64,000 nucleotides of DNA from an uncultured candidatus Porisulfidus sp. (GTDB taxonomy: Bacteria; Pseudomonadota; Gammaproteobacteria; Poriferisulfidales; Poriferisulfidaceae). Below the pieces are notes generated by a model. It saw only the letters and a program-made list of their open reading frames with translations. It had not been told where the DNA came from and searched no databases. The DNA is taken from NCBI GenBank assembly GCA_965199755.1, contig CBDASZ010000001.1:224001-288000 (forward strand), given 5' to 3'. Position numbers and translations under genes: made by a program. Shown piece after piece: positions 22,931 through 32,987 of this stretch (the stretch's first letter is position 1; every line of letters begins with the position of its first letter).

Positions 22931-23595
22931 TGCTGCGCACTCGCCGCTGGATGCTGCCGCTTTGCGGTCTGTTCGCGGTCTCAATCGTCATGGCGCAAGA
23001 GGAAGCGCCATCCGCGGAGGAAGCCTCCGCATCGGAAGTGGTGTACGAAGCGGGGACACACTACACTGTCGTTGACGGCCTGCCGTCGCCAGACACACCG
23101 GAAGGCAAGACCGAGTTGGTGGAGTTCTTTTGGTATGGCTGTCCGCATTGTTTCAGGCTGGAGCCGTTGCTAAACGAATGGCTTGAGGAACGCGCCGACA
23201 CCGTGCATCTGACTTTGGTGCCGGCGGTGTTCAGTGCCCGTTGGGCGATAGGGGCGCGGTTGTATTACACGCTGGCGGAGATGGATCGCCTTGACCTGCA
23301 TACCACGGTATTTCATCTGGTGCACGAGCAGGGCCGCCCGCTCAAGAGCAGCGAAGGTATCGCCCGAATGCTCGGTACCTTTGACGTGGATGCGGCCGAG
23401 TTCAGCAAAATCTATAGGTCCCAGGCGGTGACAGACCGGCTGGAAGCGGAAGCCAAGGAACTTCCGAAGCGCTATGGCATCAACGGCGTACCGGCGCTGG
23501 TGGTCGGTGGGCGCTACATGATCAGCACCCGCAATGCTTCTTCGTATCAGGAACTGCTGAATATCGCGGACTATCTGATCCGCAAGGCCCCCTGA
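22927..23595 (+). CDS. dsbA: Thiol:disulfide interchange protein DsbA
   Basis: EFFWYGCPHC, GVP cis-Pro loop, signal peptide. Confidence 0.93.
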   Translation: MMLRTRRWMLPLCGLFAVSIVMAQEEAPSAEEASASEVVYEAGTHYTVVDGLPSPDTPEGKTELVEFFWYGCPHCFRLEPLLNEWLEERADTVHLTLVPAVFSARWAIGARLYYTLAEMDRLDLHTTVFHLVHEQGRPLKSSEGIARMLGTFDVDAAEFSKIYRSQAVTDRLEAEAKELPKRYGINGVPALVVGGRYMISTRNASSYQELLNIADYLIRKAP

Positions 23596-23615
23596 AACCC
23601 CCTGCACAAAGAAAT

Positions 23616-23646
23616 CAGGCGGAAGCATCGCTTCCGCCTGTCTTTT
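23616..23646 (+). terminator. Rho-independent terminator after dsbA
   Basis: CAGGCGGAAGC-ATC-GCTTCCGCCTG perfect 11-bp stem followed by TCTTTT. Confidence 0.8.
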
Positions 23647-23809
23647 GGTGTTAGGTGGCTTCGGTACAAGAGCGGGTAACTTTGACCGAAGCCTTATCGC
23701 GAGTTGGCAGGGGAACCAACTGCGACGTTGACTGTATCTCGAAGTGGCGCTTATTGTACCCTACCTGATGTCCAAGTGTTATTCGGGTCAGACCGAGAGA
23801 ATTTCCGAC

Positions 23810-24205
23810 GTGCCAGATCCAGATATTCAGGAATTTGAGTCCATGATTGAGCGGGTCTTGCAAGAGATCCCGGTGGAATTTTCCATACACATAAAGTCGG
23901 TGATCATTCAGGTAGAGGATCTGCCGGATGAGGAAATCTGCCAAGAGATGGAACTTGACAGCCCGATGGAATTGCTCGGTCTGTACCAAGGCATCAGTCT
24001 GGAGCAGAAGTCAGTCGAAGACCTGCCTGAGGATCTTGACCATGTCTACCTGTATCGCCTGCCGCTGCTCGACTACTGGCGCGAGCAGGGAGGAGAACTG
24101 GAAGATCACGTGCGTGAAACCCTGCTGCACGAACTCGGCCATCACTTCGGATTCTCGGACGCCGACATGGAGCGCATTTGCGCACAAGCGCGCCCGCGCA
24201 GTTGA
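23810..24205 (+). CDS. Zincin-like metallopeptidase family protein (start uncertain)
   Basis: LLGLYQG...LYRLP...HELGHHFG.SD motif. Confidence 0.85.
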   Translation: MPDPDIQEFESMIERVLQEIPVEFSIHIKSVIIQVEDLPDEEICQEMELDSPMELLGLYQGISLEQKSVEDLPEDLDHVYLYRLPLLDYWREQGGELEDHVRETLLHELGHHFGFSDADMERICAQARPRS

Positions 24206-24216
24206 TTAATGCGGCG

Positions 24217-27009
24217 CTAGTGCGCCTGATCCCAGTTGTCCGCCCAGCGCGCTTCGACTTTGACGGGCACCTCCAGTGTGGTCGCCCGTTCCATACGCTC
24301 GCAGACGCCCTTCGTGATTTCTTCAGCGTGATTCTGCGGCACCTCCAGAACCAGTTCGTCATGAACTTGCAGGACCAGAGCGCAATCCGGGTGTTCCTCT
24401 TTCAGCCAGCGGTGCACGTCGATCATCGCCCGTTTGATGATGTCGGCGGCGGTGCCCTGCATCGGGGCGTTGATGGCAAAGCGTTCTGCGTGGCGGCGCT
24501 GATTGAAGTTGCGTGACTGGATCGCGTCGACGTGCAGTCGCCGACCGTAGATTGTCTCCACGTAACCCTGCTCTTTCGCCTGCTGCTTGATGCTGTCCAT
24601 GTAGTCCTTGACCTTCGGATAGCGCGAGAAATAAGTCTCGATGTAGCGGTCAGCGTCTTCTCTGGAAATATGCAACTGTCGGGCCAGTCCAAAAGAGCCC
24701 ATTCCGTACATCAGCCCGAAATTGATCGCTTTCGCAGCGCGGCGCTGCTCCGCGCTGACCGCATCGTGCGGCGTCCCGAACACTTCCGCCGCGGTGGACT
24801 GATGGATGTCCGCCCCTTCAGAGAAGGCCCGGCACAAAGTGGGGTCATGTGAAATGTGCGCCATGATGCGCAACTCGATTTGCGAATAGTCCGCGGCAAT
24901 CAGTACGCAGCCTTCAGGAGCGGAGAATGCTTGGCGAATGCGCCGGCCTGCCGGCGTGCGAATCGGGATGTTTTGCAGATTGGGATCGGACGAAGACAGT
25001 CTTCCGGTGTCCGTCCCGGCCTGGTGGAAGGAGGTGTGCACACGACCGGTGTCGGGGTTGATCATCTGCGGCAATTTTCTCATGTAGGTGTTGAGCAATT
25101 TGAACCGCTCCCGGTAGTTCAGAATGATCTGCGGCAATTTGTCTTCCCCAGCCAGTTCGGTGAGCACTTCCTCGTCCACCGAATAAGAGCCGCCGCGGGT
25201 TTTCTTGACCGGCTTCAGGTTGCGTTCCTCGAACAGGATCTGCTGCAGGTCTTTGGTAGAACTGAGGTTGAACGGGTGTCCGCATTCGCGGATCGCCTCC
25301 TCTTTGATTCCCGTCAGCTCGCGGGTTAATTCCTCGGCATGCTCCTGCAGCAGCGCGGTGTCAATGGCGACGCCATGGCGCTCCATGTCGGTTAGCACCA
25401 GTGACAGCGGCAACTCCATGTTCTGGTAGATTTCCCGCGCGGCCGATTCCGCCTCAAGTTGCGGCCAGAAGTACTGATGCAGCCGTAGGCTCATGTCGGC
25501 ATCCTCAGCAGCATAAGCCGTGGCTTTCTCAATCGCGACCTGATCGAAGCGCAATTGCGTCTTGCCGCGGCCGCGCTCGGTGACGGTTTCAAACGAAGTG
25601 GGCTCCTCATTCAGATAAAGGCGGGCCAGATCCTCAAGACTGTGGCGGTTGTTGGCGGAAGCCTTGATGACATGCGATTCCAGCATGCTGTCGTGAAACG
25701 GCCCGGCCAGTTCCATGCCGTGTCGGCGCAGGACCGTGCGATCATATTTCAGGTGATGTCCGAGTTTAGTCAGTTCGGGATCCTTCAGTACCGGCTCCAG
25801 ATGTTGCATGACCTGTTCCAGTTCCAGCTGCCGTGGATCGCGGCCCAGATTCTGTGCCGGATTGGCTTCAAACAAAGGGACATTTTTCTCAACGACGTCA
25901 TCGCATTTGGTGTGGCCGATAGGGATGTAGGCCGCTTCAGCGGCATCAACGGCCAGTGAAAGACCCACCAGAGTCGCGCGTTGCGGGTCCAGACTGGTGG
26001 TCTCGGTTCGGACGGCGAAGGTGCCGGTCTTGCGAATACGGGTGATCCATTTCTTCAACTCGGATTCCGTCAGGATGGGGGTGTACGCGCTTTGGCTGCC
26101 TTTGCCGAAAGCCGCGCTGCTGTCGGCGGTGGAGTTTTGCGCGTTGCTCGTACGCAGATTTTTCAGGAAGGTTTGGAAATTAAATCTCTCGTATAACTCG
26201 GCCAGACGCTCGTGGTCGGTTTCTTGCGGACGCAGGGCGTCGACACCCATCTCCAGTTCCACGTCGCACTTGATCGTGGTCAACTGGCGATAAAGCGGCA
26301 ACCGATCTATATTGGCGCGCAAGTATTCGCCAACTTTTCCGGTGATTTCGTCCGCGTGCGTGATCAGATTATCCAGCGTTTCGTATTTTTGCAGCCAGTT
26401 TGCGGCAGTCTTGGCTCCGACCTTGGGGATGCCCGGAATATTGTCAGCAGCATCTCCCGCCAGTGCAAGGTAGTCCACGATCTGATCCGGGCGCAGAGAA
26501 AACTTCTGCTTCACACCTTCAGCGTCCCAGGGATCGTGCGTACTGTCGTGGAGTGTGACATCCGCATCAACCAACTGCGCCATATCCTTGTCGCCGCTCA
26601 AAATGGCGACTGTCATCCCGGCTGCCTTGCCTTGTCGCACCAGAGTACCGATGACATCGTCCGCTTCGACTCCGGGAATAACCAGCAGCGGTAGTCCCAG
26701 CGCATTGATGATTTCGTGCAACGGTTCGATCTGCATGCGCAGTTCCTCGTCCATCGGCTTGCGGTTGGCTTTGTATTCGGGGTAGAGGTCATGGCGAAAG
26801 TTTTTGCCTGGCGCATCCATCATCACCGCGATGTGGTCCGGGCGGATAAGGCGCTGGTACTTCTGCAGCGCATTGACCACCCCGTAAATGGCACCCGTGG
26901 GCCGGTTTCGGTGGTCGCGCAGCGAGTTGTGCGCGTGGTAGGCTCGATGCAGATACGTGGAGCCGTCTACCAACAGCAGAATCGGGCGCGGGTCGGCAGA
27001 GTCGGTCAT
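24217..27009 (-). CDS. polA: DNA polymerase I
   Basis: 5'-3' exonuclease (LVDGS, EADDVIGTL), TGRLSSSDPNLQNIP, DYSQIELR, KAINFG, QVHDEL. Confidence 0.99.
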   Translation of the reverse strand: MTDSADPRPILLLVDGSTYLHRAYHAHNSLRDHRNRPTGAIYGVVNALQKYQRLIRPDHIAVMMDAPGKNFRHDLYPEYKANRKPMDEELRMQIEPLHEIINALGLPLLVIPGVEADDVIGTLVRQGKAAGMTVAILSGDKDMAQLVDADVTLHDSTHDPWDAEGVKQKFSLRPDQIVDYLALAGDAADNIPGIPKVGAKTAANWLQKYETLDNLITHADEITGKVGEYLRANIDRLPLYRQLTTIKCDVELEMGVDALRPQETDHERLAELYERFNFQTFLKNLRTSNAQNSTADSSAAFGKGSQSAYTPILTESELKKWITRIRKTGTFAVRTETTSLDPQRATLVGLSLAVDAAEAAYIPIGHTKCDDVVEKNVPLFEANPAQNLGRDPRQLELEQVMQHLEPVLKDPELTKLGHHLKYDRTVLRRHGMELAGPFHDSMLESHVIKASANNRHSLEDLARLYLNEEPTSFETVTERGRGKTQLRFDQVAIEKATAYAAEDADMSLRLHQYFWPQLEAESAAREIYQNMELPLSLVLTDMERHGVAIDTALLQEHAEELTRELTGIKEEAIRECGHPFNLSSTKDLQQILFEERNLKPVKKTRGGSYSVDEEVLTELAGEDKLPQIILNYRERFKLLNTYMRKLPQMINPDTGRVHTSFHQAGTDTGRLSSSDPNLQNIPIRTPAGRRIRQAFSAPEGCVLIAADYSQIELRIMAHISHDPTLCRAFSEGADIHQSTAAEVFGTPHDAVSAEQRRAAKAINFGLMYGMGSFGLARQLHISREDADRYIETYFSRYPKVKDYMDSIKQQAKEQGYVETIYGRRLHVDAIQSRNFNQRRHAERFAINAPMQGTAADIIKRAMIDVHRWLKEEHPDCALVLQVHDELVLEVPQNHAEEITKGVCERMERATTLEVPVKVEARWADNWDQAH

Positions 27010-27074
27010 GAGCTCAGGGGGAAGCGCGAGGGATTATAGGCGGTGTGCTGCAAATGGCGCATAATGCCACGCCT

Positions 27075-27590
27075 ATGGTGGACTTTCTCGCCGCGGTTGA
27101 TCGCGTACTCAGTGCGGTATCTGCGGGCGTCGGGCGTTTCGTTGCCTGGTTTACGCCGATTATGGTGCTGTTGACCTTCGCCATCGTGGTGATGCGTTAC
27201 GGCTTTGATTTTGGTCGCATCTATCTCCAGGAGATCGTCGTGTACCTGCATGGCGCTGTGCTGATGCTGGCGGCGGCCTGGACTCTGAAGCAGGACGGAC
27301 ACGTTCGGGTGGATGTGCTGTACCGGAGCCTGTCGCCGCGCCATGAGGCGTGGATCGATATTTGTGGCACGCTGTTTCTGCTGTGGCCAACCGCAGGGGT
27401 GCTGTTGGTGTTCTCTTTTGATTACGCGCAACAGGCGTGGGCATTGAGCGAAGGCTCACGAGAGACCGGCGGTTTGCCGTTTTTGTATGTGCTCAAAACG
27501 GTGATTCCGCTGATGGCCGGACTGTTGATAGTGCAGGGGGTGGCTGAACTGGCGCGTCGGATCCGACAGTTGATGGTGCATGAGCCATGA
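27075..27590 (+). CDS. TRAP transporter small permease (DctQ)
   Basis: HVRVDVLY motif, 4 TM. Confidence 0.9.
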   Translation: MVDFLAAVDRVLSAVSAGVGRFVAWFTPIMVLLTFAIVVMRYGFDFGRIYLQEIVVYLHGAVLMLAAAWTLKQDGHVRVDVLYRSLSPRHEAWIDICGTLFLLWPTAGVLLVFSFDYAQQAWALSEGSRETGGLPFLYVLKTVIPLMAGLLIVQGVAELARRIRQLMVHEP

Positions 27591-28963
27591 TGTGGCCGCT
27601 GCTGCTGTTTGGTGCCATCATTGTGGTGCTGCTGGCCGGATACCCGGTCGCGTTCACGTTGGCGGGAGTCTCTTTGCTGGTGGCCGCTCTGGCCATGGCG
27701 TTTGGTGCCTTTGAGCCGGCCTTGCTGCTGACGCTGCCGTTCCGAATTTTCGGGATTATGACCAATGAAATTCTGGTCGCCGTGCCGCTGTTTGTGTTCA
27801 TGGGGGTGACGCTGCAGCGTTCGCGAGTGGCGGAAGATCTGCTGGAGACGCTGAGTCGGCTTTGCGCAGCATTGCCGGCAGGTCTGGGCATCTCGGTATT
27901 GCTGGTGGGCACCTTGCTGGCCGCGAGCACCGGGATTGTCGGTGCGACAGTGGTCACGCTGGGACTGCTTGCTCTTCCGGGCATGTTGCGCCGTGGCTAC
28001 GATCCGGCGCTTTCCTGTGGTGTGATCTGCACGTCGGGCACATTGGGACAAATTCTGCCGCCTTCAATTGTGCTGGTGCTACTTGGTGATGTGATCTCGG
28101 CCGCCTATCAGAAAGCGCAACTGGACATGGGGATGTTCTCGCCGAAGACGGTATCGGTGGCGGACTTGTTCGCAGGTGCAGTGATGCCTGCGCTGCTACT
28201 GGTCGGTTTGTATCTGCTGTATGTGATGTTCACGGCATGGCGGTACCCGGAGCGCGTATCTGATCCGGACCATGAGGAGGAAGAGGGGCCGGAGTTGACT
28301 TTCGGACAGGTCGGCGGTGCGCTGGTCGCGCCGGTGGCGTTGATTGTGCTGGTGCTGGGGGCGATCATGGCCGGGTTCGCCACGCCGACAGAAGCGGCTT
28401 CGCTTGGCGCGGCTGGCAGTCTGGTTCTGGCGGTGCGTGAAAAATCCCTCAATATCGAGATAGTGCGCGGAGTCGCTTATGAGACGGCGCGCGTCACCAG
28501 CATGGTATTTCTGGTGCTGATAGGCGCGTCCATATTCTCACTGGTGTTTCGCGGTCTGGGCGGAGACGGTCTGGTGCATCAGGGCCTGTCGAATCTTCCG
28601 GGAGGCGTTTGGGGCGCGATGTTGGTGGTGATGCTGCTGATGTTCGCGCTGGGGTTTGTGCTCGACTTCATTGAGATCACGTATGTGGTGGTGCCGCTGG
28701 TCGGCCCGGTGCTGCTGATGATGGGTCTGGACCCGATATGGCTGGGGGTGATGATCGCAATCAACCTGCAGACGTCGTTTCTGACGCCGCCGTTCGGGTT
28801 TGCGCTGTTCTACTTGCGTGGGGTCGCACCTGCGTCAGTCGCGACGCCGGAGATTTATCGCGGGGTGATGCCGTTTATCGGCATCCAGTTGCTGATGCTG
28901 GGGATCCTGGCACTATGGCCGGGACTTGCGACATGGCTGCCGCAACAGATTTTTGGCTATTGA
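27587..28963 (+). CDS. TRAP transporter large permease (DctM)
   Basis: GTLGQILPPSIVL, TPTEAA, NLQTSFLTPPFG. Confidence 0.95.
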   Translation: MMWPLLLFGAIIVVLLAGYPVAFTLAGVSLLVAALAMAFGAFEPALLLTLPFRIFGIMTNEILVAVPLFVFMGVTLQRSRVAEDLLETLSRLCAALPAGLGISVLLVGTLLAASTGIVGATVVTLGLLALPGMLRRGYDPALSCGVICTSGTLGQILPPSIVLVLLGDVISAAYQKAQLDMGMFSPKTVSVADLFAGAVMPALLLVGLYLLYVMFTAWRYPERVSDPDHEEEEGPELTFGQVGGALVAPVALIVLVLGAIMAGFATPTEAASLGAAGSLVLAVREKSLNIEIVRGVAYETARVTSMVFLVLIGASIFSLVFRGLGGDGLVHQGLSNLPGGVWGAMLVVMLLMFALGFVLDFIEITYVVVPLVGPVLLMMGLDPIWLGVMIAINLQTSFLTPPFGFALFYLRGVAPASVATPEIYRGVMPFIGIQLLMLGILALWPGLATWLPQQIFGY

Positions 28964-29014
28964 TGGGGAGCTTTTGGTGCAAACTTCCGAATTAATCAGG
29001 AGTGTTTCCCGGAA

Positions 29015-29665
29015 TCAATAAGGCGATTCCAGAATCATCTGCATGGTGCCCGCAGCCGTGACGACCAGTCCGAAATAAATCACAGACACACCAAGATATC
29101 CCAGCCGCTTCATAGGGGGCCGGTCAGTAGTCTTGAGCGAATTGCCGATCATCCAGGTGGCGGCGGCCAAATTGGCGGCATAAAAGCCGAAATAGGTTGC
29201 GAGTTCGCCAAATGCGTTCTGCTCCATGAACACGATATAGGTGCCCCAAGCAGCGATGATTGCGGTGATGTAAGTAACCAGCCGCATGACTGTATCCGGG
29301 ATTGCCATGCCTGCGAATTTCAGCAGCATCATGACGCCGAGAATCGGCGCCACCCACATCCAGAAAACGTGAATAGTTGTCGCATCACTGGCGAAGATGC
29401 TCTTGAAAATCAAAGACGAAAAACCGGGGTCAACTACGGATTCCGGCGGCGGATATTGCGGCGGTGCGAACAAGGACACCGTGATGATGGCGTAAGCGAG
29501 ACCGATCACTGTGATGCTGGTGCGCATCAGCCACCAATCCGATTCGCGCATATGGACTGAGGCGGATGCCAACCACAGGGCTGCCATGAAATTCAGCAGA
29601 CAGGCCGCAAGATAAATGGAGTATTCAAACGTTGAGACGAATTGAAGTGGAATAAAAGTTTCCAT
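29015..29665 (-). CDS. Hypothetical polytopic membrane protein (about 6 TM)
   Basis: 216-aa ORF with multiple hydrophobic helices; no family recognised. Confidence 0.65.
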   Translation of the reverse strand: METFIPLQFVSTFEYSIYLAACLLNFMAALWLASASVHMRESDWWLMRTSITVIGLAYAIITVSLFAPPQYPPPESVVDPGFSSLIFKSIFASDATTIHVFWMWVAPILGVMMLLKFAGMAIPDTVMRLVTYITAIIAAWGTYIVFMEQNAFGELATYFGFYAANLAAATWMIGNSLKTTDRPPMKRLGYLGVSVIYFGLVVTAAGTMQMILESPY

Positions 29666-29730
29666 AAGCGCTCGTAAATTTCAGGCGGTTTTGTGGGTCG
29701 GGCGCGGTCAGCGCCGCTCACAGACGGGCT

Positions 29731-30804
29731 TTATTTTATACCATCACGCGCATTCAGATACGCTTTCTCGGAAATGTCCGTCCATTGCTTCACGCTGGCA
29801 TAGAATTTTTGGTAGCTGTCGTGTACGCGGCGGGTGAATTCGGAACTATCAGCCAATTCCGCAATCATCTCCTCGGCGTGGGTGCGCATCACCTGCAGGA
29901 CTTCATCAGGAAACTGCCGCAACTGCACCTTATAGGTGTCAATGAGCATGCGCAGGGCTTCATGGTTATGCGCGACGTAATCGCACATCATGTCCTCATT
30001 GGTGGCGCGCGCGGCCTGGCGCACAATCGCGCGAAGATCGTCCGGCAAAGCCTCAAATGCGGACAGATTGACCAGACATTCGAGCGTGGTTCCGGGCTCG
30101 TGCCAGCCGGGGTAGTAGTAATAGGTCGCGGCGCGATGCAGGCCGAAGGCCAGATCATTCCATGGGCCGACCCACTCCGTGGCGTCGATGGCTCCAGTCT
30201 GCAGTGAGACCAGCAATTCGTTGCCGCTCAAAGTGACCGGAACGCCGCCGGCGCGGCCCAGCACCTCGCCACCCAGCCCTGGGATGCGCATACGCAGCCC
30301 GCGGAGATCTTCAACGCTGTTGATTTCCTTATTAAACCAGCCGCCCATCTGAACCATGGTGTTGCCTGCGGCCAGCGGCAATACGCCGAACGGCGCGTAT
30401 GCTTCTTCCCATAATTCCATGCCGCCCCCCTTGTGCAGCCAGCTGTTCATTTCGTTGGCATTCATGCCAAACGGCATGGTGGAGAAAAACTGAAAGGCCA
30501 GATTCTTGCCTTTCCAGTAATAGGCGGAACCATGGCCCATCTGCGCGGCCCCTTGGCTTACGGCATCGAAAATCTCCAGTGCTGGAACCAGTTCTCCCGC
30601 TCCATACACCTTCACCTGCAAGCGTCCCCCGGACATCTCGCCGATCTGCTGCGCCAGCATTTCCGCGCCGGTGCCAAGACCGGGGAAATTTTTTGGCCAT
30701 GAGGTGACCATCTTCCAGCGCATTGGCTCATCAGCCTTGCTGTGTGTTGCCCAGCCAAGGGATCCGACCGCTGCCGCGGCCCCAAGAAAATCACGTCTTC
30801 GCAT
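29731..30804 (-). CDS. TRAP substrate-binding protein (DctP/TakP type, Tat signal)
   Basis: MRRRDFLG Tat motif, WKMVTSWPKNFPGLG, MRIPGLGG, EWVGP. Confidence 0.93.
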   Translation of the reverse strand: MRRRDFLGAAAAVGSLGWATHSKADEPMRWKMVTSWPKNFPGLGTGAEMLAQQIGEMSGGRLQVKVYGAGELVPALEIFDAVSQGAAQMGHGSAYYWKGKNLAFQFFSTMPFGMNANEMNSWLHKGGGMELWEEAYAPFGVLPLAAGNTMVQMGGWFNKEINSVEDLRGLRMRIPGLGGEVLGRAGGVPVTLSGNELLVSLQTGAIDATEWVGPWNDLAFGLHRAATYYYYPGWHEPGTTLECLVNLSAFEALPDDLRAIVRQAARATNEDMMCDYVAHNHEALRMLIDTYKVQLRQFPDEVLQVMRTHAEEMIAELADSSEFTRRVHDSYQKFYASVKQWTDISEKAYLNARDGIK

Positions 30805-30821
30805 CTGTACTCCTGTTATTC

Positions 30822-32987
30822 CTAGCCCGGCACCAGTTCCAGTTTGGCATAACTGTACATCAGCCATTTCGGGCCCTTGTCCTGAAAATCCACCATCACG
30901 CGCAACTGCGGCGGTCGGCCTTCGTAGCGGGTGATTATGCCTTGTCCGAGCGTTTGATGTGATACCAGCGTGCCGATCTCCGGGACCTCCCATGTGGTGG
31001 TGTCCGGCGGCGGCTTGGGTGCTGGCGCGTAGGTGTTGACTTCCGACGCGGTTTCACGATCAAGGGCGACGTACTCTCTCGGCAACTCAAACAAAAAATC
31101 CGAAGGCATGCTGGCTGCGACGTGCCCGTATTGCCAGCGGCTGTTGGCGAAACTCAAAATCAGTTTCTTCTCCGCGCGCGTCATACCGACATAGCACAGC
31201 CGGCGTTCCTCTTCGGGATCGGAATCCTCCAGCGTCATGGGTAGCAAACCCTGCTCGAACCCGGCGATGAAAACCAGCGGGAACTCCAGTCCTTTGGCCT
31301 TGTGCAGCGTCATCATCTGTACGGCGTCCCCTTCCGTTCCAGCGCTTTCCTCACCGGCATCCAGCACGGTGGTGTCCAGATAAATCTGCAACGGGCTGCG
31401 TTTATCATTGGGTTCCGTATCATGCCGCCATTCAAATTGCGCGGCCGAGTTGACCAGTTCCTTGAGGTTGTCGACGCGCTGCTCGTCCAGTTTCCGGTCC
31501 TGCTCCTGATACATGGCCTGCAGCCCTGAATCCGCCAGTGCGTGGCGTACCGATTCAACCAGTCCGAGTTCGGCAGTTTGTAGGCGCAGCCCTTCGAGCA
31601 GTTCCTGAAATTGGGCGAGCGCCTCGACTCCGCGTCCACCGTTGCCGGCATTCACAAGGGCGCGGCAGGCTGCCGCCAGCGATGTCCCGTCCTGTTGCGC
31701 CTGCTGTCGGACCCGCGCAACCGTGCTGTCTCCGATGCGGCGTGGCGGAATATTGCAGATGCGCGCCCAAGAGACATCGTCATCGGGATTGTGGCACAGA
31801 CGCAGATAAGCCAGCGCGTTTTTAATCTCGGTGCGCTCAAAAAATCGCGTGCCACCGTAAATGCGGTACGGGACGCCTTCGCGCACGAAGCAACTCTCGA
31901 AGTCCCTGGACTGCTGATTGGTGCGGTACAGCAGCGCGCAGTCGCTCCAGCGGCCATGCTGTTGCTGCCATGCCTGAAAGTGTTCGAGGGCGGCTTCAGG
32001 CTCGTGGTCGCTGCGCTCATGGTTGATAACCAGCACCGGGTCATTGCCGCGGTTTCTAGTCCACAGCGTTTTGCGCAAACGGGCCTGATTGTGTTCAATG
32101 ACGGCGTTCGCGCAATTCAGAATAGGCGTGGTGGAGCGATAGTTTTGTTCCAGTTTCCACACCTTCAGATCGGGATGCTCTTTCTTGAAGCGCAGCATCA
32201 GATCCGGGCGTGCGCCGCGCCAGCCGTAAATGGATTGATCGTCATCGCCGACAGTGAAGATCGGGATCGCGCCGCCGCTTAGCAGTTGCAGCCAGGCATA
32301 CTGCAATTCATTGACATCCTGAAATTCATCCACCAGAAGGTGGCGGAGCCGTTGCTGGTAGTGGCCTGCGACCTCAGGGTGTTCGCGCAGCAGTTCCACC
32401 GCGCCGAGCAGCAAATCGTCGAAATCCACCACGCCGCTTTCGGCGCAACGTTTTTCGTAGTGTCGCATGACGTCGATCAGATGTCCATCGGCAGGATGGT
32501 CTTTCGGCACATGTTTGGCCCGCCGGCCGCGGGATTTTTGCTGGCTGATCCATCTGATCGCACGGTTGATGTCCGCTTTCTTGTGCGGCAGGTGGGCCGC
32601 ACTGAGGCTGTCCCGAATCAGGCTCTGCTGATCTGCGCGATCGACAATCTGGAAGGACGGTTTCAGCTTGGCCTCTTTGGGGAAGCGCGCCAGCATGCGG
32701 CGGCACAAACTGTGAAACGTGCCAACCCACATCCCGCTTGCCGTGTGACCGGTCAACTGCTGAATGCGCTCGCGCATCTCGGTGGCGGCCTTGTTGGTAA
32801 AGGTGACGGCGAGGACCTGATGCGGAGATAGTTGCTGTGTTTCAAGCAGCCATGCGAAACGGTGGGTCAGGACTCGTGTCTTACCGGTGCCTGCACCCGA
32901 CAAGACGATGCAATGTTCCTGCGGAGATGACGTGACAGCGTCGCGCTGCACCTCGTTGAGCGGGTCCAGAATGGAGCGGAGACTCAT
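30822..32987 (-). CDS. uvrD: UvrD/Rep-family DNA helicase
   Basis: GAGTGKT, DEFQD, VGDDDQSIYGWRGA, EQNYRS, HKAKGLEFP, EEERRLCYVGMTRA. Confidence 0.93.
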   Translation of the reverse strand: MSLRSILDPLNEVQRDAVTSSPQEHCIVLSGAGTGKTRVLTHRFAWLLETQQLSPHQVLAVTFTNKAATEMRERIQQLTGHTASGMWVGTFHSLCRRMLARFPKEAKLKPSFQIVDRADQQSLIRDSLSAAHLPHKKADINRAIRWISQQKSRGRRAKHVPKDHPADGHLIDVMRHYEKRCAESGVVDFDDLLLGAVELLREHPEVAGHYQQRLRHLLVDEFQDVNELQYAWLQLLSGGAIPIFTVGDDDQSIYGWRGARPDLMLRFKKEHPDLKVWKLEQNYRSTTPILNCANAVIEHNQARLRKTLWTRNRGNDPVLVINHERSDHEPEAALEHFQAWQQQHGRWSDCALLYRTNQQSRDFESCFVREGVPYRIYGGTRFFERTEIKNALAYLRLCHNPDDDVSWARICNIPPRRIGDSTVARVRQQAQQDGTSLAAACRALVNAGNGGRGVEALAQFQELLEGLRLQTAELGLVESVRHALADSGLQAMYQEQDRKLDEQRVDNLKELVNSAAQFEWRHDTEPNDKRSPLQIYLDTTVLDAGEESAGTEGDAVQMMTLHKAKGLEFPLVFIAGFEQGLLPMTLEDSDPEEERRLCYVGMTRAEKKLILSFANSRWQYGHVAASMPSDFLFELPREYVALDRETASEVNTYAPAPKPPPDTTTWEVPEIGTLVSHQTLGQGIITRYEGRPPQLRVMVDFQDKGPKWLMYSYAKLELVPG

